A program made the translations under genes and the position numbers. Source: Salinispira sp. (GTDB lineage Bacteria; Spirochaetota; Spirochaetia; DSM-27196; Salinispiraceae). Taken from it: a stretch of 45,057 bases of DNA. The first letter of the stretch is position 1. Every line of letters starts with the position of its first letter. Location: NCBI GenBank assembly GCA_965226555.1, contig CBDDDG010000005.1, positions 1-45,057 on the forward strand. The letters are read 5' to 3'. The notes beneath the pieces were generated by a model. It did no database searches. It was not told the origin of the DNA and saw nothing but the letters and a program-made list of their open reading frames with translations. Positions 28,804-38,087 of the stretch are shown here, in pieces.

Positions 28804-31800
28804 AGTGCGGAAACTGTCGAGAGTTCTTGTAATAATCATTTTTTTTCTTTCTCACATTCCACTCTACGGGCAGTTTGTTCTCAGCCATGAACCAGGGACA
28901 TATAATAGTGATGTTATTCTCGAAATTATTCCTGAAATAGAATATGAAAATATTTTTTACCGCTTTCCTTCATATGAAGAAAGCCAATGGTTTAATTATG
29001 AACAGCCTATTGTTTTGTCTGCCGACAAAGGAAGTCAGCGATTCTATCCGCTTGATCTATTATTTGTTAATGATAGACAAATTGTTGATTATCGAATCCT
29101 TGAATATACAATTGATAAAAAATCTCCAACACAATCATTTGAGCTCACACTGTATACGGCTGATGATGTCAGTAACCGTAGTCTTCCTGGAATTGCACAG
29201 TTTGATATTGATCGTCGCGATGAGGTAATTGTTGATGCAATTCCAATTATCAGCCCCGTGGAGGGAGATTTTGCTAATCCGCAATTGCTCTATATTGATG
29301 ACAGAGAATTCAGTCAGCTTCGCTATACAACAGATGGTTCAGACCCGGCGCTTGACGGCGCTATCTATGAGGAAGCGGTTCTTCTCCTAGCTGCTTCATA
29401 TGTGAAATTGCGGGTTTACGGTGAGACCCGCGATGGCAGAAAACTTCATAAAACGATACGCTATAGGGCAGGAAATCATGAATATCGTCAACTAAAACAG
29501 GGGAGAACAACGGAAGATGTATATGTAGTTCCTATCAAGGCTGGCCTTTTCTACCGTACAAAGGATGTACATTCCGCTAAGCTGCCATTTAACACTCCCG
29601 TCCGCTTTGAAACCGAAGCGGGGAAATTGAAAACATCGCTTATACGAATAATCGATGGCGATCGGGAATATCGGTATTTTTTTGTTCTTGACAACAGACC
29701 CCCTGAAAATCCGAGGGCTAATTTATTGCCGCCACTTCCCGTATATGAGAATGCGGTTGATGATGAGAATACCATGCTCAGCACAGTGCATGCGGAACCC
29801 GTACACCCGCCCTTGAATACTGAAAATAGAATTCCGAAAAAACCACTATTGACCGGAATTCCCGATACGGGAGTCATGAGTGGAAATATGTTCTTATTGC
29901 AAATTGTCGATCCTCTTCCCAACCTTGAGTATTTTTACAGCATAGGAAACAGTACGGTGCCTCCCGCAAATCCGGCGACCTCCGGTAAAAGGGCCTATTC
30001 GCATATTCCAATACATATAGGTTCCGATATTCAATCGGAAACGATCATCATTGGCCTTATTGCTGTCCTATCAACAAACAAAAATTATAGAAGTCCGGTA
30101 AATTATGTTCGGTTCCAAGTTGATAATCGGCTCCCTGAGGAACCAGAAATACACGGGGTTCAAGCCGGCTCCGAGTATTCCGAGTCCATCGCCTTTTCAA
30201 TTGACAGCGGGGAAGGGGATACGGTGTTTTATCAGCTCAGCGAAAACGGTACTAAAACCAACTATATGCTCTATGATGCTCCGAAATTACTGCAGGGTGA
30301 AGAGGGAAAGCGAGTTGTGTATTCATTGAGCGCATATTCTGAAAATACGCTCGGTACTCGGAGTAATTCTGTGGAGCTAGGCTTTGCCATTGACAGGGAA
30401 GCCCCTGAATTTCCCCCGATGCATATCAGTATTAATAATAAAGAGATCGATTCACAGACCCTGTCCATAATTTCTTCATCTGCAGTCACCATTTCCTTTG
30501 ATACCGATGATGATGTTGCCTATGAATTCAGTAGGGGTTCCGACCCTCTGCCGGAAATATTTCCATATTCGCCACTTGTACATGGATATCTGACTCTGGA
30601 TATACCGAAAAATACTGAAGCGCAATTTAATCTGCGCTTTCGCCCTATTGACTTCGCCGGTAATTTTGGTCCGCTAAGTGGAGAGTATACGATTACCATA
30701 GATAAAAAAATTCCCGATATTCCCTTTCCTCCAACAGTAATGCGAGATGGAAATGCGGGAACTCTCCTCTGGCCGCCTGCGGATGACAGGTCAATTGAAT
30801 ATTCCATTGCCGATCTTAATACCGATCCAGCGAATCAATTATTTACTTCCTTCATTTCATCGGTAAACTGGGAAATTCCCGAACGCAGCGGCGGAATAGT
30901 GGTGTACTACCGTGCACGGGATGAGGCGGGGCTTTTGAGTCTTGTCGGTTCACAGGAAATTCTGCGCGAGAAGGTTGCCCCCATTCCAAAAATTACTGGC
31001 GTTCAGGATGGCGGTGTCTACGAAGATGCGCGTAATATACAAATATTTTCCATACGCGATGGCGATGTTCGTTATGAAATTACCTCGGACGGAACTGAAC
31101 CAGATAGTGTTTCTCCCGAAAGCCGACTCTGGCAGCCGGTCATTCAAACATTTGATTCTGCCGTGGGCACAAAACGTATCTACAGGATAAAACTACGGCA
31201 ATATATCCCTGACTCAGAGTCCCAGCCCAGTCCGGAGCTGAATTTTTCATTTGCCATAGATAGGGAATTTCCCACCCAACCCCGCTTAAATGATATGGAC
31301 CTCAGCGATGTATATTCCATGGATCCAGTGACGCTTGATTTTTCGGCAAAGCGTGATGAAAACATCATGCTCAGCGTTATTGAGTATATTTATGATAAAG
31401 GAACGTTACCGGAAAACTGGGGCGCTAATTTTGTATCACCGGTTTCCTCGCAAAAACAGGCATTTCAAAATTTTTCCAATCGCCGGAATCTGACCGGTTA
31501 TTCTCAGGAACTAACTCTCTACAGTCTTGCGGCATATACAATAGATTTGGCTGGTAATAGAAGCAGATCAATTTCCCGGTGGAATGTTATTATTGATCGG
31601 CGTAATGTTTTTTTATCGCAGAAGAATGACAGAAAGGGAATAGGTAGTTGGACAGAACCATATGTGTCGATCAATACTGCTGTCGATACCGCTGTCAGAG
31701 AAGAACGCAGTGAAATATATATCGGCAGTGGAATGTATCAGATACAATCGACTCTCAATGTACCACGATCGATGCAGTTCTATGGATCATGCGATGAAAA

Positions 31801-32851
31801 TTGGCTTTGTCAATCGCAGACTGCAACCGAATTTCGTTTTACAGAACAGTTTAATGGGGAACATCTCTTTTATGTAACTGATGCGGCAGAATTTTCACTG
31901 GACAAAATACACATCAATAGCGTTGGCAGTACTGTGGCAACGCTCATTAATCTCCGACGATCACGGGCAACCCTAACTGATTTTTCTGCATCGGTAAGCG
32001 GCAGGATTGCCGCTGTTTCTGCCATGGAAAAAAGTACCATCGATCTTCGCCAGAGTCGATTATCGGGATACGCATTGACTAATGGCAATATTATTAATTT
32101 GAATAATTCTGATATATACCTCGTTGGAACTCAGATAAGCGCCGAAGATACTGATCTCTCCTTGCTGCGCAGAAAAAATACACATTATGTTCTTCTGCGC
32201 GGCGTGAATTCATATGTGGAAATTTCACAAAGTACAATTAGGCCGAGATCCGGTGAAAGTACTATTGCGATGAACTTTTCGAATTCAACGCTTTACCTGA
32301 AGGATAATTCTACTATTTTCAGCGGATATGGAAAAATACTGGCGAATGCTCTGGTCATTGAAAATTCCAGCGCGAGATTTGAAAACATACGAATTAATGG
32401 TTCCCGTGAAACCGATATTGTAAGTCTCCTTGTCAGTAAAGGCAGTGATATTATTCTGAATTCGGTTAATTTTAATTTGGATGCGGAATTTGGTATTAAT
32501 GGCATTCTTCTTCGAGGGGGCTCTCTGGAAATTACCAATTCGATATTTCAGGGTGTTGGAGCTCAAGATTTCGTGAAGGCAATAATAGCTCAGAATGGAA
32601 AATTGGATGTTTCCACATCACAGTTTCCAGGTCCACGCGCCAGAACTGTCGACTATACACCCATTACCGCAGAGAATAGTACTGTGATATTTTCGAACAA
32701 TGTTGCCGAGCTCCATAGCGGGAACAGACAGCGCTTAACATTAATGGAACTCAGTATCGGTAGTTCCGCGGAACTGAGTAACAATACACTCACCAGTAAC
32801 GGAATAGTGATCCGTCTTGAAGATCCTCGTGATACTCTGGACATTCAATAA
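28787..32851 (+). CDS. Large secreted multidomain protein: Ig/Fn3-associated (chitobiase C-terminal-like) modules plus C-terminal beta-helix
   Basis: Signal peptide; repeated YTTDGSDP / D-x-x-x-P / D-x-AGN motifs; GIGSWTEPYVSI then beta-helix-like sequence; GTG 28805 is an alternative start. Confidence 0.7.
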   Translation: MPEIIKVRKLSRVLVIIIFFLSHIPLYGQFVLSHEPGTYNSDVILEIIPEIEYENIFYRFPSYEESQWFNYEQPIVLSADKGSQRFYPLDLLFVNDRQIVDYRILEYTIDKKSPTQSFELTLYTADDVSNRSLPGIAQFDIDRRDEVIVDAIPIISPVEGDFANPQLLYIDDREFSQLRYTTDGSDPALDGAIYEEAVLLLAASYVKLRVYGETRDGRKLHKTIRYRAGNHEYRQLKQGRTTEDVYVVPIKAGLFYRTKDVHSAKLPFNTPVRFETEAGKLKTSLIRIIDGDREYRYFFVLDNRPPENPRANLLPPLPVYENAVDDENTMLSTVHAEPVHPPLNTENRIPKKPLLTGIPDTGVMSGNMFLLQIVDPLPNLEYFYSIGNSTVPPANPATSGKRAYSHIPIHIGSDIQSETIIIGLIAVLSTNKNYRSPVNYVRFQVDNRLPEEPEIHGVQAGSEYSESIAFSIDSGEGDTVFYQLSENGTKTNYMLYDAPKLLQGEEGKRVVYSLSAYSENTLGTRSNSVELGFAIDREAPEFPPMHISINNKEIDSQTLSIISSSAVTISFDTDDDVAYEFSRGSDPLPEIFPYSPLVHGYLTLDIPKNTEAQFNLRFRPIDFAGNFGPLSGEYTITIDKKIPDIPFPPTVMRDGNAGTLLWPPADDRSIEYSIADLNTDPANQLFTSFISSVNWEIPERSGGIVVYYRARDEAGLLSLVGSQEILREKVAPIPKITGVQDGGVYEDARNIQIFSIRDGDVRYEITSDGTEPDSVSPESRLWQPVIQTFDSAVGTKRIYRIKLRQYIPDSESQPSPELNFSFAIDREFPTQPRLNDMDLSDVYSMDPVTLDFSAKRDENIMLSVIEYIYDKGTLPENWGANFVSPVSSQKQAFQNFSNRRNLTGYSQELTLYSLAAYTIDLAGNRSRSISRWNVIIDRRNVFLSQKNDRKGIGSWTEPYVSINTAVDTAVREERSEIYIGSGMYQIQSTLNVPRSMQFYGSCDENWLCQSQTATEFRFTEQFNGEHLFYVTDAAEFSLDKIHINSVGSTVATLINLRRSRATLTDFSASVSGRIAAVSAMEKSTIDLRQSRLSGYALTNGNIINLNNSDIYLVGTQISAEDTDLSLLRRKNTHYVLLRGVNSYVEISQSTIRPRSGESTIAMNFSNSTLYLKDNSTIFSGYGKILANALVIENSSARFENIRINGSRETDIVSLLVSKGSDIILNSVNFNLDAEFGINGILLRGGSLEITNSIFQGVGAQDFVKAIIAQNGKLDVSTSQFPGPRARTVDYTPITAENSTVIFSNNVAELHSGNRQRLTLMELSIGSSAELSNNTLTSNGIVIRLEDPRDTLDIQ

Positions 32852-32905
32852 TGCGTAATGTAAATTTCTTTCCTTCGCTCGTGCGTGCCGATTATTGAAA
32901 CTTTC

Positions 32906-34195
32906 TTATTGAGATTCCATGCTCCAAATCATGTATCCTTCATTATACTGAACTCTCCATAATGAGTTTCGGGGGGTGAGAACAAAGATTACATTGTCAC
33001 CCGGCGGATAATAAAAGCCACTGATAAAACCATTATATAAATCGGTAGAGAAAAAATTTGTATTAAGTTCTGAGGCAGGATCAGGATAGATGACTTTGCC
33101 CTTACTATCAATACTGATATATCCCTCATTTTGTGAACTCACAAAAATAATCTCTTCTTTCTTTTCGTCTTTCTTTTCGTCGTCACCGCAGTAGTAGGTA
33201 GGGGGAACCGCAAGTACGTCAGTAAAAAGTGTCTGTGTGCCTCCAGAATCCTTAAATCGGACTGAAGAATTTCCCCCGGCCGTCAAAACAGACCATGCGC
33301 CGACGCCGTTAGTATCGTACATATGTTGGAAAATATAACTTTTTTCTGTCACAAGATATGTCTTTTCTCCTTCTGGGGCATATCCAAGTCCTGAAAAGGC
33401 AAATCGCTTCTGATCGGCAGCAACAGGAGTAAGTTGATCGCCGCTGTCAATAAAAGGAGCAGAGAATGTATCAACTGGCTCCAGAGTTCTTGTATTAATA
33501 TCAGCTGCGACAATTGAGAATAGTTCATTTGTTGTTATAAACCAATACGATGTTCCATCAAATTCGGCATCGAGAAAGGGGAGTGGGTGATTGTCAATAA
33601 TTTTATGTGGATGAGGGCTGTCCGCGCTGATGTCGACATAATACAGCCGGTAGACAAAGGCAGAGTCGCGCGCTTCTCGTGTTTCAATAATGACTATATC
33701 GTTTGATGTATCTTCAAAATCATTTTTGAGCGTGAAAAAATTGGAAAGGCGCTCGCGATCATTTAGAAAATTTAGTGAAACTTCCGTCCACACCGCGTTT
33801 CCTGCATCGGAATAATCAATTTCGCTACTTTGGAAAAGTTTCGCTCCGCCCCCGGTCTGAGCAAAGTGAACAAAAAGCTTACCGCCCGCTTCCCCAACCT
33901 TGAGGGCAACAGAATAAGTATCCGGGTGGCTAACCGGAGTCCATGAATAGCCCTTATCCTTATCATCAGTCGCATTATACGTGTTCCATCCTCGTACATG
34001 GAGTGTCGTGGTTGTGAGATAATAATGCTTGCCGAGAGCAACAAAACTCTTTATTGACGATTGTGGATTAAGCCCGCGGGATTCTTCCTTAATTTCAATA
34101 ACACGTTCAAGACTGAAAAAAATTCCCACTGATCCCGGCTCGCAGGATATGAGAATAAGAAGGCTGAGAACTATTGTTAACATGGTTTTATTCAT
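32906..34195 (-). CDS. Lipoprotein of unknown function, paralogue A
   Basis: Lipobox LLILISC; clearly homologous to 35147-36457; GGAG upstream of ATG 34195. Confidence 0.8.
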   Translation of the reverse strand: MNKTMLTIVLSLLILISCEPGSVGIFFSLERVIEIKEESRGLNPQSSIKSFVALGKHYYLTTTTLHVRGWNTYNATDDKDKGYSWTPVSHPDTYSVALKVGEAGGKLFVHFAQTGGGAKLFQSSEIDYSDAGNAVWTEVSLNFLNDRERLSNFFTLKNDFEDTSNDIVIIETREARDSAFVYRLYYVDISADSPHPHKIIDNHPLPFLDAEFDGTSYWFITTNELFSIVAADINTRTLEPVDTFSAPFIDSGDQLTPVAADQKRFAFSGLGYAPEGEKTYLVTEKSYIFQHMYDTNGVGAWSVLTAGGNSSVRFKDSGGTQTLFTDVLAVPPTYYCGDDEKKDEKKEEIIFVSSQNEGYISIDSKGKVIYPDPASELNTNFFSTDLYNGFISGFYYPPGDNVIFVLTPRNSLWRVQYNEGYMIWSMESQ

Positions 34196-34223
34196 TATGG
34201 TATTGTCTCCATTGTTATTTATA

Positions 34224-34250
34224 GAAATTTTTGCATTTTGCAAAATTTTT
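34224..34250. repeat. 27-bp palindromic mini-element, absent from the paralogous junction
   Basis: GAAATTTTTGCATTTTGCAAAATTTTT; paralogous junction at 36463-36490 is 32 bp shorter. Confidence 0.85.
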
Positions 34251-34907
34251 TTAGAAATTATACATGGCACTAAGGGTAATTTCCAGAAAATTACCGAAGC
34301 GGGTCATGCTGGCATCGGGAGTAAGGGGATTATCATCGCCATAGAATTCCCCAACCCACCAATACATCGCATTTATGCCGAATGACCAATCATCGAAGGC
34401 ATTCCAGTAAAACGACAGCCCTGCCTTTGCCAGCAACGCAGTGGTAACAATGTCATTATAGCTAATTATATCAATGCCCATACCGATGTGTAACGGCAGT
34501 TCAAAGGGAAAGAAACGGAAAAAATAGTTTGCATTAATACCGATGGGGACGGAAAAATACCCCTTTAGGTTCGGATCGGTACTGTATGATGCGCCGATAT
34601 CCAGCCCAAGGCTAAAACTGTTTTCCAGAAATACCGACCAGCCAAGCGAAAAAATTCCGCCAGGGCTCAGATTAATCGGTTGCACTGCGTCTGTTTCCGA
34701 TGACGCTGCGGGATTATGAATAAAGAGCGGTATCTGCAGGCCAAGGGCGATATTGATATATTGATTGCCGAGAACACGATTAATTACGGTTGTCTCCGGT
34801 TCCGGCTCGGGCTGCTCATCCGATATAATGATCTCATGAGCAAAAACGATGGTCGCAGAAAAAATGAACAGAAGCGTTGCCGCCAATCGTTTAGTATTTA
34901 CAGACAC
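34251..34907 (-). CDS. TP0733/OmpW-like outer-membrane beta-barrel, copy A
   Basis: Signal peptide, amphipathic strands, C-terminal FLEITLSAMYNF barrel signature. Confidence 0.75.
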   Translation of the reverse strand: MSVNTKRLAATLLFIFSATIVFAHEIIISDEQPEPEPETTVINRVLGNQYINIALGLQIPLFIHNPAASSETDAVQPINLSPGGIFSLGWSVFLENSFSLGLDIGASYSTDPNLKGYFSVPIGINANYFFRFFPFELPLHIGMGIDIISYNDIVTTALLAKAGLSFYWNAFDDWSFGINAMYWWVGEFYGDDNPLTPDASMTRFGNFLEITLSAMYNF

Positions 34908-34986
34908 AAAAACCTCATTTTAGCCGATAAAATTGATCGGAATAATTTCACAAAACTTTCTTTTTAGTGAATTATCACTTTATTAA

Positions 34987-35015
34987 AAGATAATTAAAAT
35001 AAAAAAAAATGTCAA
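34987..35015 (-). promoter_or_regulatory. Sigma70-type promoter TTGACA-17 bp-TATCTT with a T9 tract in the spacer
   Basis: Consensus -35, exact 17-bp spacing, conserved at 37876-37904. Confidence 0.7.
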
Positions 35016-35146
35016 ATACAAACTTTTGCAGCGCAGCGCTACACATGCGGGCATCAGTCCGAGTGTTCTCAGTTAAAATATCGGGCACTATCTCAGGCAT
35101 AAAAACTATCAATAAGAACGTTTTGCAAAAGCACAATGCAAAAATT

Positions 35147-36457
35147 TTACTGAGATTCCATGTTCCATGTCATATATCCATCATTATACTTAACTCTCCA
35201 TAATGAGTTGCGGGGGGTGAGAGCAAAGAGTACATTTTCACCCTGCGAATAATAAAAACCACTGATAAAACCATTATATAAATTTGTAGAGAAAAAATTT
35301 GTATCAAGTTCTGAGGCAGGATTAGGATGGATGACGTTTTCCTCATTCTGATCAATACGGACAAATCCCTCATTCCGCGAACTCACAAAAATCTCTTCTT
35401 TGCTGCCGCCGCTGAAGGCAGCGGGAACCGAAAGTACATCAGTAAAAATTGTCCGTGTGTCTCCAGAATCCTTAAATCGGACTGGAGAATTTCCCCCTGC
35501 CATAAAAACAGACCAAGTGCTGTCGCCGTTAGTATCGTACGTATGTTGGAAAATATAGCTTTTTTCTGTCACAAGATATGTCCTTTCTCCTTCTGGGGCA
35601 TAGCCGAGTCCTGAAAAGGCAAAACGCTTCTGATCGGCAGCAAAATCAACGGGAGTAAGTTGATCGCCGCTGTCAACAAAAGGAGCAACGGATGTATCAA
35701 CCGGAGTCAGGATTCCTGTATCAATATCGGCGGCGGCAATTGTAAATATTTGATTCGTTGTTATAAACCAATATGCTGTTCCGTCAAATTCGGCATCGAG
35801 AAAGGGGAGTGGGTGATCATCATCAATAATTTTATGTGGATGAGGGCTGTCCGCGCTGATGTCGATGATGTCGACATAATCGACATAATACAGCCGGTAG
35901 GCAAAGGCAGGGCCGAGCGCTTCTCGTGTTTCAATAATGATTATATCATTTTCTGTATCTGCTTCTGTATCTGCGGGATTGGTAAGATCATTTTTGAGCG
36001 TGAAAAAATTGGAAAGGCGCTCGCGATCATTTGAAAAATTTAGTGAAACTTCCGTCCACTCCGGGTTTCCTGCAGCGGAATAATCAATTTCGCGGACACT
36101 TTGGAAAAGTTTCGCTCCGCCCCCGGTCTGAGCAAAGTGAACAAAAAGATCACCGCCCGCTTCCCCAACCTTGAGGGCAACAGGATAATTATTCGGGTGG
36201 CTAACCGGAGTCCATGAATAGCCGGTTTCAGTCGCATTATCAGTCTCCTGTATTCGTACCTGGAGTGTTGTGGTTGTGAGATAATAATGGGAGCCGAGAG
36301 CAACAAAACTCTTTATTGGCGATTGTGGATTAAGCCCGCGGGATTCTTCTTTTATTGCAACAACACGTTCAAGACTGACAAAAATTCCCACTGAGCCCGG
36401 CTCGCAGGATATGAGAATGAGAAGGCTGAGAATTATTTTCAGTATGATTTTACGCAT
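35147..36457 (-). CDS. Lipoprotein of unknown function, paralogue B
   Basis: Lipobox LLILISC; homologous to 32906-34195 with many substitutions and indels. Confidence 0.8.
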   Translation of the reverse strand: MRKIILKIILSLLILISCEPGSVGIFVSLERVVAIKEESRGLNPQSPIKSFVALGSHYYLTTTTLQVRIQETDNATETGYSWTPVSHPNNYPVALKVGEAGGDLFVHFAQTGGGAKLFQSVREIDYSAAGNPEWTEVSLNFSNDRERLSNFFTLKNDLTNPADTEADTENDIIIIETREALGPAFAYRLYYVDYVDIIDISADSPHPHKIIDDDHPLPFLDAEFDGTAYWFITTNQIFTIAAADIDTGILTPVDTSVAPFVDSGDQLTPVDFAADQKRFAFSGLGYAPEGERTYLVTEKSYIFQHTYDTNGDSTWSVFMAGGNSPVRFKDSGDTRTIFTDVLSVPAAFSGGSKEEIFVSSRNEGFVRIDQNEENVIHPNPASELDTNFFSTNLYNGFISGFYYSQGENVLFALTPRNSLWRVKYNDGYMTWNMESQ

Positions 36458-36480
36458 TATGGTATTGTCTCCATCGGTAT

Positions 36481-37131
36481 TCAGAAATTATACATGGCGC
36501 TGAGGGTAATTTCCAGAAAATTACCGAAGCGGGTCATGCTGGCATCGGGAGTAAGGGGATTATCATCGCCATAGAATTCCCCAACCCACCAATACATCGC
36601 ATTTATGCCGAATGACCAATCATCGAAGGCATTCCAGTAAAACGACAGCCCTGCCTTTGCCAGCAACGCAGTGGTAACAATGTCATTATAGCTAATTATA
36701 TCAATGCCCATACCGATGTGTAACGGCAGTTCAAAGGGAAAGAAACGGAAAAAATAGTTTGCATTAATACCGATGGGGACGGAAAAATACCCCTTTAGGT
36801 TCGGATCGGTACTGTATGATGCGCCGATATCCAGCCCAAGGCTAAAACTGTTTTCCAGAAATACCGACCAGCCAAGCGAAAAAATTCCGCCAGGGCTCAG
36901 ATTAATCGGTTGCACTGCGTCTGTTTCCGATGACGCTGCGGGATTATGAATAAAGAGCGGTATCTGCAGGCCAAGGGCGATATTGATATATTGATTGCCG
37001 AGAACACGATTAATTACGGTTGTCTCCGGTTCCGGCTCGGGCTGCTCATCCGATATAATGATCTCATGAGCAAAAACGATGGTCGCAGAAAAAATGAACA
37101 GAAGCGTTGCCGCCAATCGTTTACGATTCAT
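36481..37131 (-). CDS. TP0733/OmpW-like outer-membrane beta-barrel, copy B
   Basis: Protein identical to copy A from KRLAAT to the end; AAGGA before ATG 37131. Confidence 0.75.
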   Translation of the reverse strand: MNRKRLAATLLFIFSATIVFAHEIIISDEQPEPEPETTVINRVLGNQYINIALGLQIPLFIHNPAASSETDAVQPINLSPGGIFSLGWSVFLENSFSLGLDIGASYSTDPNLKGYFSVPIGINANYFFRFFPFELPLHIGMGIDIISYNDIVTTALLAKAGLSFYWNAFDDWSFGINAMYWWVGEFYGDDNPLTPDASMTRFGNFLEITLSAMYNF

Positions 37132-37753
37132 TCGCATCCTTTGTAATGTGTTTAGAGACATCTTCTGAAGCACTTTCCTGAATTTCACGTTTACGTTCAA
37201 GAGACATGGCATGAACAATTTGTCTTTCCAGTGAAAATCCTGATTCTTGTTTTGCGCTGTAAAGTTCTCTTGCCATTTCATTTTGTCGTTGTTTCATTTC
37301 ATGTATCTCTTTAATTATTATTTCTAAGGTTGTTTCAATTTTTGTAAGTCGTATGTCTGTGTCTCTCTGAGCAGATTTTATACTCTCTAATTGCCCGACA
37401 ATATCCTTATTTTGGTTCTCTAATCGACCTAAGATATCCTTATTTTGGCTCTCTAATCGATTTGAGATATCCTTATTTAGATTCTCTAATCGACCTAAAA
37501 TATCCTTATTTTGGCTCTCTAATCGATTTGAGATATCCTTATTTTGGCTCTCTAATCGATTTGAGATATCCTTATTTTGGCTCTCTAATCGATTTGAGAT
37601 ATCCTTATTTAGATTCTCTAATCGACCTAAGATATCCTTATAATATTCCTGATTATCCTTTACATTATTTCGTTGATTTGACGATACCACATTAATTATT
37701 AATACTATAAGTGTACCAACACTTATGCCTATGGCTATAACTGATATATCCAT
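37121..37753 (-). CDS. Membrane-anchored coiled-coil protein with eight 11-aa repeats
   Basis: GGAGG before ATG 37753, N-terminal TM, KDISNRLESQN/KDILGRLENLN units encoded by 33-bp repeats; AT-rich. Confidence 0.78.
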   Translation of the reverse strand: MDISVIAIGISVGTLIVLIINVVSSNQRNNVKDNQEYYKDILGRLENLNKDISNRLESQNKDISNRLESQNKDISNRLESQNKDILGRLENLNKDISNRLESQNKDILGRLENQNKDIVGQLESIKSAQRDTDIRLTKIETTLEIIIKEIHEMKQRQNEMARELYSAKQESGFSLERQIVHAMSLERKREIQESASEDVSKHITKDANES

Positions 37754-37814
37754 ATTTACCTCCAAATTAGTAAATTATCGCTCTTTTGCATTTAGCAAAC
37801 TTTCCACTTTATTA

Positions 37815-37868
37815 CAAAGTTTTGCATTAGAAAATTGTGCTTGCACAATTTCCAGTAGCAAAAGTTTC
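37815..37868. mobile_element. 54-bp palindromic mini-element with 5-bp target duplication TATTA
   Basis: TATTA at 37810-37814 and 37869-37873; paralogous empty site CACTT-TATTA-AAAGAT at 34976-34991. Confidence 0.85.
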
Positions 37869-37875
37869 TATTAAA

Positions 37876-37904
37876 AAGATAATTTAAATAAAAAAAAATG
37901 TCAA
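37876..37904 (-). promoter_or_regulatory. Second copy of the TTGACA-17 bp-TATCTT promoter
   Basis: Same boxes, spacing and T9 tract as 34987-35015. Confidence 0.7.
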
Positions 37905-38052
37905 ATAGAAACGTTATGGTAGGTGAATTCCGGCGTGGTGAATGGGATTGTTGTAGCTCCTGTATGTATAGAAAAACAGCGCAAACTGCAAAATTTTTGC
38001 GGATTTTCTCATTTCACGTTTTTTGGGATTTTTTCAGATTTTTATGATTTTG

Positions 38053-38081
38053 TTGACAAATGTCCGTAATTTTCATATATT
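38053..38081 (+). promoter_or_regulatory. Sigma70-type promoter, probably leaderless transcript
   Basis: TTGACA (38053-38058), 17 bp, TATATT (38076-38081), ATG at 38088, no SD. Confidence 0.65.
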
Positions 38082-38087
38082 ATACCT

